Of a stretch of 64,000 nucleotides of DNA, positions 28,935-40,720 are shown one piece after another. The translations under genes and the position numbers were made by a program. Location: positions 1 through 64,000 of the forward strand of contig JAWOCD010000090.1 of NCBI GenBank assembly GCA_046483985.1. The letters are read 5' to 3'. The notes beneath the pieces are model-generated. The model did no database searches and was not told the origin of the DNA. It saw nothing but the letters and a program-made list of their open reading frames with translations. This DNA is from Promethearchaeia archaeon. GTDB lineage: Archaea > Asgardarchaeota > Lokiarchaeia > Sigyniarchaeales > SOKP01. Each line of letters begins with the position of its first letter. The first letter of the stretch is position 1.

Positions 28935-29937
28935 AATAGATCCAGAAGAGACTAAATTCCTAAAGAATATTAAAGATATAATTGAACAAGGAAGGATGGA
29001 TGAAGCTGTTAGACAGATTGGAAATTACTTAAATCAAGCAGATGAGGATTATATCGAAAAATTGGAGGAAATTATAGAGCGTGTTTCTGCAGTTCATGGT
29101 GGGACTACAGTAATTCGATTTCTCATAGAGAATTTAATTATTGATATCCCATCATTGCTCGAGAATCTCTCAAAGAGAGACCAATTACTTAGATATTCAT
29201 TTCTCTTATTACTAAAGAAAATGTGTGAGAAAGAGAGCGATTTGTTTCTCCCCTATAGTGAAGAGCTTTTGAATTCAGAAGACCCAAATGTACGAGAAGC
29301 AATTCTGCAACTTATAATTTTTATAGCTAATGGTCCTGAAAAGATCGGGCGGGAAGCTTTAGTACGGCAAATTGCAGAAACTTTAAATGATTCGAAAGAA
29401 TATGTGGTAGAAAAGGCAGTCCAAGCTCTTAAAGCGATCGGGAAAGAATCTCCTTCCATGGTTACTAAAAAACTTAGTGAATATATAAAGGAGTTTCCGG
29501 AGATGGAAAAAAACGAGCAACTAAAAGAGAGAATAGATAACATCCTAAAGTCCATTGTTTCTGTAGAAAAATTAGATGAGATTGTTGAAGAAGAACTAGA
29601 AAAAGAGGAAAAAGAAGCACTGGGGAAACCAAAAGAAGAAAAACTAAAAAAGAAAGATTTAGAATTGAAAGAAAAGAAGTTTGAACTTGAAGAGAAAGAA
29701 AAACAATTAGAAGAGAAAAAAATTCAGGAAAAAGAAGAGACTTTAAAACAAAAAGAAGAATTACTTGAGAAAGAGAAAGCCCTACAAAAGGTCGAGTTGG
29801 AGCTTCAGAAGAAAGGTCTTGAAGATAAGCAAAAAGAAATCATGGATAAAGAGGCAAAAAGAGTTGAGGGACGTCTTAAAACCATCAAAGCCGAAGAAAA
29901 TACAAAAAAAGAACCCTCTGAAGGAAAAAAGGAATAA
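28927..29937 (+). CDS. HEAT/ARM-repeat protein with C-terminal charged coiled coil
   Basis: LLNSEDPNVREA, LNDSKEYVVEKAVQAL; E/K-rich tail. Confidence 0.85.
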   Translation: MNEIDPEETKFLKNIKDIIEQGRMDEAVRQIGNYLNQADEDYIEKLEEIIERVSAVHGGTTVIRFLIENLIIDIPSLLENLSKRDQLLRYSFLLLLKKMCEKESDLFLPYSEELLNSEDPNVREAILQLIIFIANGPEKIGREALVRQIAETLNDSKEYVVEKAVQALKAIGKESPSMVTKKLSEYIKEFPEMEKNEQLKERIDNILKSIVSVEKLDEIVEEELEKEEKEALGKPKEEKLKKKDLELKEKKFELEEKEKQLEEKKIQEKEETLKQKEELLEKEKALQKVELELQKKGLEDKQKEIMDKEAKRVEGRLKTIKAEENTKKEPSEGKKE

Positions 29938-29945
29938 TTTGAAAA

Positions 29946-30932
29946 TTAAATTGGTTTTTCATGCAACCGATTTACAAGATCTCTCACATCTTTGACCTTA
30001 ATGCTCTCAGAGGGAAGATTGACTTGCACCTCTTTTGCGAGGTTGTAAGCAGTTTCAATATATTTTAGATCCTCTAACATTTCAATTATCTGGATTTTGT
30101 AATCTATATCTTCTAATTGCTTTTCATATTCCAATAATTTCTTTTTTATCAGTTCTTTAATTTCCTTTGCCTTTTCTGCACTTTTGACTTTTTTAACTAA
30201 CTGCGTGAAGGAATTCATGATATTATATAGTTCTGATTTAGGATATTGGTCAATGTTTTCTAGCACTTTTTGAGTATATATTTTCGCTTTTTCATAGCGC
30301 TTAGATTTAAGACTAATCTCAACCAATTCAAGTAAGGATAACTCGTACAAGAATTTACTTTTAATATTGGGAACTACTTTTTCATAAAGCCATTCAATTA
30401 AGTTCGGTTGATCAAATTTTTCTATGATATCGACTAAAAATTTGATAACCGCAAAATATAACTTCGCGTTTTCAGTTTTTGTAGAACTTAGGAACGAAAT
30501 CAAGGCATATTTTACTCTCCCCATAGCATCCTCTAAATTAACAGGTGTTTTAGAAAACTTTTCGAATGCAGACTCCAATATTGGTTTTACCTTTTCTTGA
30601 GATTCAAACTCATAAACAAAATATTGACTGAAATTGGGTTGAGGACCCGATTTTCCAGAAGACTTTTTCGACTTTTTTTTCTTTGTGGATTTTTTTTTGG
30701 TCTTTTTCTTCTTTTTGATCTTCTTTTTTAATTTTTCGCTCTCTTCTTCGGATAATATCTCTAAAATGATCTTTTCTTGAGATTGTGGGACAACTAGACG
30801 AAAGTAATAATCTTTATCTTCAGTAAATAGTTCATCCCGAAGTTCTTTCGGAATTGTGACGCCGCCCGTAGCTGTTTTTTTCACAATTTTCTCGTAATAT
30901 ACCTCTTCCTTAGATTTATCCTTTTCAGACAT
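29946..30932 (-). CDS. AbrB/MazE-type DNA-binding domain plus Lys-rich linker plus alpha-solenoid
   Basis: TGGVTIPKELRDEL AbrB signature; helical repeat C-terminus. Confidence 0.75.
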   Translation of the reverse strand: MSEKDKSKEEVYYEKIVKKTATGGVTIPKELRDELFTEDKDYYFRLVVPQSQEKIILEILSEEESEKLKKKIKKKKKTKKKSTKKKKSKKSSGKSGPQPNFSQYFVYEFESQEKVKPILESAFEKFSKTPVNLEDAMGRVKYALISFLSSTKTENAKLYFAVIKFLVDIIEKFDQPNLIEWLYEKVVPNIKSKFLYELSLLELVEISLKSKRYEKAKIYTQKVLENIDQYPKSELYNIMNSFTQLVKKVKSAEKAKEIKELIKKKLLEYEKQLEDIDYKIQIIEMLEDLKYIETAYNLAKEVQVNLPSESIKVKDVRDLVNRLHEKPI

Positions 30933-31006
30933 AATAAATCCAATTCTTTCTACCTTTTATTGATTTCCTTAAAACTAACTAGTCTCTTTGGATTATTAAA
31001 CGATTT

Positions 31007-31615
31007 TTATCCGGTTATATTGACTATTTCGCTTCCACGAACGTGGAAATCTTCGTCTATATATGAAAGTAGGGCATGTCCTTCATGCCTATATACAAGA
31101 GGAACAGGATATGATTCCGCATTTCTAATCATGCTTTTTCTTATATATATTTTAACTCTCTTATTGCAACCCCTGCAACGAACATTAATGGGTTTGATGA
31201 GATCCAACTTATCCAAATTTTTTATAGTGTTTTCAACTTTTTCTTTAAAGGGTTTAAAAATGTTGGTGGAAACATTATCATAGGAAAAAATTACATCAAT
31301 ATCAAACATTTCTACAAATTGCTCATCTAAATATTCAAGAATGGCTTCCATTATTTGGAATTGTAGTTTAGAATCGCTTCCCGCACTTAAATAAATCTTT
31401 CCTTTCCGAGTGTAGGTAATCTTCATGTTACCTTTATCAATATGATTAAAAATATTTTCAGTAGCGTTTTCTTTGACGATATTAAGATCTAAAAAATAAC
31501 TCCGAAAAGATCGAGGGGGTTTCCATTCAAACAGTTGGAAATCTTCGGTGCTAATATTGATAAATTTGAGATTATCCTCTACATTCTTAGTTAAGGATTC
31601 TACCATGATTGTCAT
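31007..31615 (-). CDS. Hypothetical protein (longin-like N-terminus; C-terminal CxxC...H..H domain)
   Basis: CRGC...YPVPLVYRHEGHALLSYID..F.VRG. Confidence 0.75.
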   Translation of the reverse strand: MTIMVESLTKNVEDNLKFINISTEDFQLFEWKPPRSFRSYFLDLNIVKENATENIFNHIDKGNMKITYTRKGKIYLSAGSDSKLQFQIMEAILEYLDEQFVEMFDIDVIFSYDNVSTNIFKPFKEKVENTIKNLDKLDLIKPINVRCRGCNKRVKIYIRKSMIRNAESYPVPLVYRHEGHALLSYIDEDFHVRGSEIVNITG

Positions 31616-31731
31616 TTTTATCCCTTAAATTCTGGAATTATCTTTATTTTATAAAATATTGATTGTATTACTTATGATATTACTTATTTAATATAATTTA
31701 TGATATCCAGCAATATATCTCTTTCTCTTAT

Positions 31732-33057
<1,326 letters not shown>

Positions 33058-33165
33058 TTAAATTTTTTTGAAATTTTTATATTTTTTTAGGATTTACTAA
33101 ACCTATAAAAAATACAGTAAAAATAAAGATCCTTTACATAAAAATTTTAAAAAAAGTAAATAAAA

Positions 33166-33537
33166 TTGATTTTCGGAGCCGCGGCACTGCACTATTATCT
33201 CTTTGACACCTTGATCCTTGCCTTTGTCGTTGGCGCGCTTATCCTCATCGGATTTACGCTCTGCTATCACGACCTTTTTTATCGGTTGGACCATTTCTTG
33301 ACCTTTGCATCCCGAGGGATAGATCACGTTGACCCTTTCCAGCAGATTCTCTTTTGGCAAGATTAGAAACGCTTGGACACGCTGTATTATCTGAACCCGG
33401 CCGGATGTAGCCGATAAGGTGCTCAGCGGGGCATTCAAGACCAATTTTCACCACTATCAGATTAACCGTCTTGAACACAACGAACTGGTGGGGGCGTTCA
33501 GCACGTTTGTCACGGCGCGGCAATTCGGGGATTCGTG
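33166..33537 (+). pseudogene. GC-rich decayed foreign gene fragment (membrane protein)
   Basis: GC visibly higher than the flanks; + frame with GC-ending codons interrupted by TAG at 33364 and a frameshift. Confidence 0.4.
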
Positions 33538-33637
33538 AACCTCGGCACACTGGACAGTTCGCACAATATATTAAAATTTTAGTGTTGGCATACGGTTCTA
33601 CGGTTCTATTTTTTCCTTTATAGATTCAATCTTATCA

Positions 33638-34606
33638 TTACTCTCTCTCATCAAAATCGCAGAATATGTAATTTTTAGGCGGTTTTATCGGATCGCCAGT
33701 TATAGAATCTGTCGAATAACTCGCTTCTAATTGATGTGCCGAAGAATAGTTGATCATTTCGTCAATATAATACAAAGATCTCATTTCGATTTTTCCGTCA
33801 GATCTTTTGGTTTTTAGTGTAAGAACAAAACCTTCGGCGTTGTTTATTGCATTGTTCAATAAATAATTGAATTTTATATACTCAGAATCTGGATTAAAAT
33901 CGCCTCGAGAGGAAGATTCAAAGGAATAACTCTTTCTGATATCGGGATTTTTTATATCTTTTAAATGAAACGACCATTTTTCAATTATGGAGTTATCGTA
34001 TTCAATTATAATAAGTATTTCGCTATTTTCATTGTAATTGGTTATTATTTTGATAATTTCGTTTCTTACATTCGACCGATCAATTTCGTGTAAATTTCCG
34101 CTAAATGAATGGCTTGTATACGCATCGCAGATGTTTACTTCCTTTATCTCATTAAATAATTTCCAATTATCAGCATCGAGTAGGTCGTAAATAGCATCCA
34201 TTTCTTCGTCAAAGTCTTCATCTCCGTATTTTTTTTGTAATAATGATATATAATACTTGGTATAAACCCAAGTAAAAAAGATCGGATAATCATCTTCAAT
34301 AATGTTAAGAATTGAATCGTGATGAAGTCCGTAACCACTTTGATGTGTCGGGCTATCATTTCCAGAATACTCTTCTAAGAAATCACCTATTGTATTGTAG
34401 AGACTTAAAAGAAAATGATCGGAAATTTTAACGAGACTACCAGAGTGGTCGTAAGGTGGATCGTGGTCGTGGGTTATAACATATTTTGGATTTTTTTCAA
34501 GCACTTCGCAAATTTTTTCCAAAATTTCCATTTTAAATTGATTATGAATGTCTTCCGTTATTTTATTTTCATCGATAAATTGTTGCAAATCTATGTCAGT
34601 GTCCAT
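33638..34606 (-). CDS. Hypothetical acidic protein (accessory)
   Basis: 322-aa open frame, no recognised motif. Confidence 0.65.
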   Translation of the reverse strand: MDTDIDLQQFIDENKITEDIHNQFKMEILEKICEVLEKNPKYVITHDHDPPYDHSGSLVKISDHFLLSLYNTIGDFLEEYSGNDSPTHQSGYGLHHDSILNIIEDDYPIFFTWVYTKYYISLLQKKYGDEDFDEEMDAIYDLLDADNWKLFNEIKEVNICDAYTSHSFSGNLHEIDRSNVRNEIIKIITNYNENSEILIIIEYDNSIIEKWSFHLKDIKNPDIRKSYSFESSSRGDFNPDSEYIKFNYLLNNAINNAEGFVLTLKTKRSDGKIEMRSLYYIDEMINYSSAHQLEASYSTDSITGDPIKPPKNYIFCDFDERE

Positions 34607-35011
34607 TTTTGTGACTCAAAAAATAATATTTTATTCGAAATCTTTCCTTAAATCTGTTGTTCTATACAAATTATGTCCCACTTCAATTGGTATAATCGAA
34701 CTCAGAATTATTTTTTCCTTAAATAAAATGCCGTTTTCTTTACCATTTTGGTAATTTTCTTATAAACTCTATAATTTCTTCTTTAAACTTAAAAGTCATA
34801 TCTTCTCATTATCTATATAATTTTTCTACCTTTTATAATTTCTTACCTAATCTTCAAGATGATCGAGGATAGGGGGATAATCAATTTCTGGAACGGATTC
34901 CACGACGATTCTTACTTATAATTCTGAGGAATTCTTTAAGATTTAGAATAGATCATTATCATTATAATTGCTATAGAATTGATTATTTTCTGCTGGGTAA
35001 TACCTCTTTAA

Positions 35012-35034
35012 CGATCTGCGAAAGAAGTCTTCAA
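35012..35034 (+). mobile_element. 23-bp IS200/IS605 footprint E8 (LE family 3 tip fused to TTCAA right-end tip)
   Basis: TTTAA|CGATCTGCGAAAGAAGTCTTCAA; compare TTTAA|CGATCTGCCAAAGAATTCCCC at 47975. Confidence 0.55.
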
Positions 35035-35174
35035 TATCTTCTTTAGCTCATTTTTATTTCCTTTGAAGATTTGATTTTATTGCAGTTATTTTTGTTAAAA
35101 GTGAATGGCCATTCATTAGATTAATAAACGATTTTCCATTTTTCTATTATAAAAATATTAGCTCTCTCAAAATA

Positions 35175-35969
35175 ATGAGTGTAAAAAAGAATATTTCAGA
35201 GAAGTTGAATCGACTCTATAATTACCTAATTGATCCAAAAGTGACAAGGCGTAATATAATTTTTATATCAATATTTTTCCCAATAATGCTAATAATTGGT
35301 TATGTCGTAGCACTCTCCTTTGGAGGATCTGAAATACCTCCTGGAGCTTATAACATAATAGATAATTATATAAGCGACATGGGTTCTCATCGATATACCC
35401 CGATTCCCAAATTTCTTGATGATAGTGTCATGATAACAGCCATCTTATTAGTTCCACCATCCTTCTATATTAAGCATATCATTGATTTGAAATCAGAACA
35501 ATTAGAATCTTTAAACGTGCCAAAAAGTTATTCCACCATTGTATTAATAATGATGCTTATCGGATTGTTTGGTATTTTTAGTTCAGGTTTTATATCTGAA
35601 GATGTGGCAATTAGTTTATATCCGGTAACTACAAGTGCATTCGATTTACATGATATCCTTTCCACTGTCCAGTTTATTGGGCTTGCTAGTGCTGGTTTTT
35701 TTATTGGGATTATCTTAGTGCGTTATCCATCAGGGATTCTTGAATTAGGTGCTTACGAAAATAAGTCAAAAATAATCCCAATTTTACTGGGAATAATCAT
35801 GATTTTTCTCACACCAATACTTACTATCTTTTATTTGATAGAATTGCCCCCATCAGCCCCATTCTGGGAATGGATGTTGTTTTTCTCCCTTTTTGGATGG
35901 ATTTTAGCCATTGGAATAATAGTTCTCCATCAAATTAAAAAAGAAGAGCTAAAACAAGAGAAGAAGTAG
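35175..35969 (+). CDS. DUF998/Frag1-like membrane protein
   Basis: Y....NYISDMG, HD, P.WEW, six TM helices. Confidence 0.75.
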   Translation: MSVKKNISEKLNRLYNYLIDPKVTRRNIIFISIFFPIMLIIGYVVALSFGGSEIPPGAYNIIDNYISDMGSHRYTPIPKFLDDSVMITAILLVPPSFYIKHIIDLKSEQLESLNVPKSYSTIVLIMMLIGLFGIFSSGFISEDVAISLYPVTTSAFDLHDILSTVQFIGLASAGFFIGIILVRYPSGILELGAYENKSKIIPILLGIIMIFLTPILTIFYLIELPPSAPFWEWMLFFSLFGWILAIGIIVLHQIKKEELKQEKK

Positions 35970-36099
35970 TAAATCCAGATAGGCTTCTTATTATTATTGC
36001 GAAAATTTTTTATCTTACGTTTTCTTCTCTCATTTTTTTTTTTTTCATCTATAAAATTCAACAGAATTTGAAGTTAAGTATAGTAGGGGCTGAAATAAG

Positions 36100-36440
36100 T
36101 CAAGAAGAATTCAAGCCTTACATGCCAAAGGAAGATAGCGATGATCTGCTCCTTATGGCGCTGGTCCATGAAGACACACGACTTGTCCGTGAGGGTTCCC
36201 TCGAAATTTCCCACCAGATACTCGCTGTCTTTGACAAAATTCTTGACATCTTCGGAAACGCGCACGTCACGCCCCTTCAGTTCCATGATGTCGCCGAAAA
36301 ACGTGATGCGGCATATTTTCGAGGCGAGGGTGTTGAGCGTATGCGATTTGGGGAGAGGGCTGATGCGGCCGGGATTTTTCGCCGAGACCCCGTGTAGAAA
36401 CCGGTAATACCAGATAAGGACGCAGAATTTTTATTCATTA
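36100..36440 (-). pseudogene. CapA/PGA_cap family metallophosphoesterase fragment
   Basis: Minus strand reads ITFFGDIMELKGRDV...DSEYLVGNFEGTLT (CapA GD.M...N.E motif); GC-rich, truncated and frameshifted. Confidence 0.6.
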
Positions 36441-36707
36441 TCTTTTCCTCTCTTCCTTTAAATTTATTCAACATTTTTCTAATTATGAATCAATAATTTT
36501 TGGAAATTATCACAGAATCCTTGATTTCCTTTGAATACTTGTTCACGCGGATTCAAGGTTAAACTGAAAACGATAACTCCAAACTTTATTTTTCATTTTT
36601 AAAAGAGACATTCCAAATAACTAATGATTTTTATATTAGTATTTTCTTTTAAGACCTAGATATTTTCTTATTAATTACTTACTTAATCTGTCTCAGAATG
36701 TGAAATT

Positions 36708-37673
36708 ATGCCACTATTGAAAAAATCAACATTGATGGTTGATTTATCGCACAATGAAATGTTGGATTTTGAAGATGGCGAATTTTCAGAGTTCTATACA
36801 TTAATAAAAGGGTTAAACCTTCACATAAAAAAAAATGAATCATCCCCTCTTACAAGCGAGATTTTGAGCAAGGTCGATATTTTACTTATTGCAAATCCAA
36901 TAAATGAATATTTCTCGAAAAAAGAAGTAAAAACGATCATCGATTTTGTTAGAACAGGCGGCCGTTTATTCATTACCAGTGAATATGGTTCTGATTTTCT
37001 CCAAAAAACCAATCTCAATGATATCACTAAAAAGCATTTCGGAATCTATTTTGAGAAAAATCTTTTGAAAGAAAATAATAATGAAAATGAAAATTGTTCC
37101 AGTATTTTGAACATCCGTCAATTTGAAGAAAATGAGGTCACTAAGAACCTTAGGCAAATCCGATTTGGCGGAGTCTGCTCTCTGCTTTTGGACAAAAACG
37201 CAAAACCATTGATATATGCAAACGGTTCGACCTGGGCTGAATTCTATCGGGAAAGCATGGAAAAATGGGAAAAGGAAGAAGATAATTCGGAACCTTACGT
37301 AATTGCGGCTTATACGGAATACGGAAAGGGAAAAGTTATCACCTTGGGAGATATTGATATTTTAAGCGACATACCCAATATTGGCATCACCACCTTAGAT
37401 AATAAGACGCTTATTCAAAACATTTTTGCTTGGTTAATGGAACCAAACGATGATAAAGATGCAATTTTCTGGACCTTAAATCAGATGGGTGATATCCAAA
37501 ACCAGATGAAATTAATGAATCAAAAAATTCTAAATCTTATTGAATCCATTTCGTTTCTGGAAGATAGAGTGAGCCATTTAGAACAAAAATATGCTCTTTT
37601 AGCCGATAAGGTCTCTCGGCAAGAAAATAAAAAAGAAACAAAGCAAAACAAAAATTTTACCCTCGTAAAATAA
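36708..37673 (+). CDS. GIFT (GldG/IFT52, DUF4350-like) domain protein with C-terminal coiled coil
   Basis: VDLSHNE, LT.E.L..VDILLIANP...FS..E...I.DFV..GGRL, TNLN, GKVITLGD, DN...IQNIFAWL. Confidence 0.8.
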   Translation: MPLLKKSTLMVDLSHNEMLDFEDGEFSEFYTLIKGLNLHIKKNESSPLTSEILSKVDILLIANPINEYFSKKEVKTIIDFVRTGGRLFITSEYGSDFLQKTNLNDITKKHFGIYFEKNLLKENNNENENCSSILNIRQFEENEVTKNLRQIRFGGVCSLLLDKNAKPLIYANGSTWAEFYRESMEKWEKEEDNSEPYVIAAYTEYGKGKVITLGDIDILSDIPNIGITTLDNKTLIQNIFAWLMEPNDDKDAIFWTLNQMGDIQNQMKLMNQKILNLIESISFLEDRVSHLEQKYALLADKVSRQENKKETKQNKNFTLVK

Positions 37674-37745
37674 GATAGAAATCTATTGAATTAGTCATTC
37701 AGTGTCCAAAATTAAATAAAAGATAAATTTTGAATATAAATTAGG

Positions 37746-38975
37746 TTATATGAGGGGTTCTTGGTCTTCCTCTAGTTTTACTTCAACTAAGTTATAATCT
37801 CGTGAGCCTAATCCGATCTTTTCGGCAGCTTCTAATTGAAACTCCCATCTATTTGTAGATTTCCCATCTCGATTCAGGTCAATTTCTTTAGTTTCTGGAT
37901 CAACGCGGGGGATATAAGAAAACCAGTCATTTTTTTCGGTCTTAGATAGACCTTCAATTTCACCCAATATGGAATGCGGATTCATATAAGAGAGATGAGT
38001 TAAATCAATACATGCTTGATCCAGAGCAACTGGGTCTTTGGAAGTTAATACTCCGATATCCGATACAAAGGGAATATCGGAACCGCCCGAGCAATCGCAT
38101 TGATAGGTGATATCTATTGCGTAGTTTATATAAAAGATATTCTCGTTACCGAAGTATTCAACAACCCCCATAGCATTATCGACCATTTGCTCTATGAATT
38201 CTTTATAGGGAGATGTGTTAATCTTTATGGCATCATTATCACACACTGAAGCGCACATGTAGCAATACCCGCATTCTTTCTCATCTCTATGTATCTCTCC
38301 TGATTTATCCCTCTCAATTGCGCCAGTGGGACAAATCTCGATACATTTATTGCAATTGGGAACGCATTTTTTGAAATCAAAAATAAATTCTTTACCATTA
38401 TGAGCTTGGACTTTTCCGCCCTTTGAAACACAGCCGATACCCAAGTTTTTTATTGCTCCTCCGAAGCCCGCATTGGAATGCCCTTTAAAGTGAGATGCTA
38501 AGATCATCCCTTGAAATTCTCTTAACCTTCCTGCAACCAAGACCTCATCAAAATGCTTCCCGTCCACTGGTTGTATTTCGTAATCTATCCCATCTACTCC
38601 ATCTAACATAAATATATCCGCTTCCATAGTTTTTTTGGTAAACCCATGTTTTAATGCAACCTTTAGATATTCCTCTTCATTTGCCCTTCCTCCGTATTCA
38701 CCTTTGGCGCCGGGAACCCCCCAGCCGCATGATTCTGTAACTGCGGGGGTAGATTTTAACTCTTTTACGTAATCGCTTAAAAATCTTATATAACTTGGTC
38801 GTAAATAGCGGGTGTTCTCTTCCGCTCCGAAATGGGTCTTGATTACAACCTTGTCCGAGGGCCCTATTGCTTCTTCAATTCCAATCCTTTTCAAACCATA
38901 AAGCGCCTTAAATTTAGACATACTCTGGTTATGGGTGTATGTTCTTGATGGAAAATAATATACTTTTGGTTTCAT
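37746..38975 (-). CDS. DUF362 protein with 2x[4Fe-4S] ferredoxin insert
   Basis: VVIKTHFG, SHFKGH, GGAIKNLGIG, CxxxCxxCxxxCP, CxxCxxCxxxC, CDC, DPVALDQA. Confidence 0.9.
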   Translation of the reverse strand: MKPKVYYFPSRTYTHNQSMSKFKALYGLKRIGIEEAIGPSDKVVIKTHFGAEENTRYLRPSYIRFLSDYVKELKSTPAVTESCGWGVPGAKGEYGGRANEEEYLKVALKHGFTKKTMEADIFMLDGVDGIDYEIQPVDGKHFDEVLVAGRLREFQGMILASHFKGHSNAGFGGAIKNLGIGCVSKGGKVQAHNGKEFIFDFKKCVPNCNKCIEICPTGAIERDKSGEIHRDEKECGYCYMCASVCDNDAIKINTSPYKEFIEQMVDNAMGVVEYFGNENIFYINYAIDITYQCDCSGGSDIPFVSDIGVLTSKDPVALDQACIDLTHLSYMNPHSILGEIEGLSKTEKNDWFSYIPRVDPETKEIDLNRDGKSTNRWEFQLEAAEKIGLGSRDYNLVEVKLEEDQEPLI

Positions 38976-39162
38976 AGACTTGTATCTCGCATTTTATTTA
39001 ATCTTTTTTATAATTTAATCTTAAATAATTATGACAATTATTTAGAGATTATTTTTATAGAATCTAAATTTTTTTCTTAAATGGTAAATTGAACCGATTA
39101 TTCTTAAAATTTAAATAAAGTACACTACTCTTTATATTAAAGAAGTAATCATATGAAAAAAC

Positions 39163-39399
39163 GTGGTGAGTAAACTGGCGAGATGTCCAGAATGTGCGGG
39201 TAAAATGAAATATGAATCTAGTATCAAGCAGATGGTTTGTCAAAGTTGTGGTTTGAGTCTTTCCCGATATGAACTTGAACAATATTGGAAAAAAATTAAA
39301 AACCAAAACTTTGAAGACGAAAGCGAAAAAAAGAAAAAACGAAGAAAGGACTGGCTTGATTGGTATTCAAAAAGTAAGGAAGATAAGAAAAATATTTAA
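39163..39399 (+). CDS. Small zinc-ribbon protein
   Basis: CPECAG...CQSCG. Confidence 0.8.
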   Translation: MVSKLARCPECAGKMKYESSIKQMVCQSCGLSLSRYELEQYWKKIKNQNFEDESEKKKKRRKDWLDWYSKSKEDKKNI

Positions 39400-39417
39400 T
39401 CTCTTTAAAATTTGTTA

Positions 39418-40605
39418 TTAGAATTTTCTTTCAAAAAGTTCTTGAAGATATTCCATTAATTTTTTGGCAGGGATATCCAATAATGTGATTTTTAGATGCC
39501 GTCCGCGTTTGTTTTCATCGATTCTTACTGTTTTTGTGGCAATAACTTTTAATTCTCTCAGTTGTCTCATATATTTTCTAAAACTCATTTTCACATGGGC
39601 TCTTTTCCCATAAGATTCACATATTGCCTGGTAATTTTCATAGGCATCGTCAACTAAGGTATATGGTTCTTCTTGATTAATAAATGACCGCGCAATGCCA
39701 GCTAAGGCAAAAAGTTCGTGATCCTTCAGTTGATCGATAATATCTCCCCGAAAGGTGGGATAAACTTCATTTGATGCTTCACGGACAATGTCTGCGTTTA
39801 TCCAGTTTAATCCCTCTTTATCCGCATACAACCCGCTTTTACGGAGGATCTCGATCCCATGCCGCATGTTCTTATGCTCGACAACGATCTGAGAGACCAT
39901 TTCGAGAATCTCTTCTGAAAACACGTCTTCTTTAAAGGCAACATCACTTCGATATTTTAAAATTTTAAAGGCTTGTTCAAAATTATATGGCTCTAATTTA
40001 ATCTTTTCATTAATGCGACTGAGAATTTTTTCATTCTCTATACGCATCCAATCTTGTCCTCTTGAGATGAGAATTATGGAGATTTTTGCATTTTGATGCC
40101 CGAAAGTTTCTGCGATATTTAATATAGCCAAAACATCATCTGGCTTTAACATATGAACTTCATCGATAATCAGCATCATATATCCGTTCTCACGATTGAG
40201 TTTTGCAAGAATTTGTTTTAAAGCCTCATCATCGGAAAATCCCCTCCCAGATCCATAATTGTGCTTGGCAAGTAATTCTCTAATGATTTTGCTCTTACTT
40301 CTAAAATTAATACAGTCAAAATATTCCACAAAGAAGTTTGGGTTATGTTCTATGGCAATATTTCTGAAATTCCTCCCAAAATACCTAACTGTAACGGTTT
40401 TTCCAGTACCTCCTCGTCCGAGGACCAATAAATTTATCGCTGGCTGTTCCTCTTCTTCCAAAATTCTTTTAAAATTAAATATCAATGTATTTAATTCTTC
40501 ATCGCGACAAAGTAATTTTTCTGGAACATAACTTAAATCTAATGAACTGGCTTTTCGAAAAACGGATTTGGTGTTAAAACGGGCTTTAAATTCGTCTTCA
40601 TCCAT
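39418..40605 (-). CDS. cdc6: Orc1/Cdc6 family AAA+ replication initiator
   Basis: L...YVPEKL..RDEE, Walker A GRGGTGKT, Walker B IIDEVH, ILSRI, PY...., C-terminal winged helix with RGR. Confidence 0.93.
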   Translation of the reverse strand: MDEDEFKARFNTKSVFRKASSLDLSYVPEKLLCRDEELNTLIFNFKRILEEEEQPAINLLVLGRGGTGKTVTVRYFGRNFRNIAIEHNPNFFVEYFDCINFRSKSKIIRELLAKHNYGSGRGFSDDEALKQILAKLNRENGYMMLIIDEVHMLKPDDVLAILNIAETFGHQNAKISIILISRGQDWMRIENEKILSRINEKIKLEPYNFEQAFKILKYRSDVAFKEDVFSEEILEMVSQIVVEHKNMRHGIEILRKSGLYADKEGLNWINADIVREASNEVYPTFRGDIIDQLKDHELFALAGIARSFINQEEPYTLVDDAYENYQAICESYGKRAHVKMSFRKYMRQLRELKVIATKTVRIDENKRGRHLKITLLDIPAKKLMEYLQELFERKF

Positions 40606-40720
40606 ATTTATTCTAAAGCTCTATATTGTAATTTTAAATAAATTAACCTCTATTAAAGATAATATGTTCTGAGTTAAATTTCTTTATATTCATCCTTATC
40701 TTGTGAAAAAATAATCTTGA

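Noticed and set aside
33170-33570. GC-rich segment as SRP RNA, tRNA or intron
   Set aside because: No SRP helix-8 motif or cloverleaf found; the codon pattern fits a decayed CDS.
36068-36407. Plus-strand ORFs of 109 and 88 aa
   Set aside because: Shadows of the minus-strand CapA fragment.
40606-40720. Replication origin beside cdc6
   Set aside because: Only about 115 bp, no recognisable ORB repeats or G-strings, and IS orientation does not switch here.
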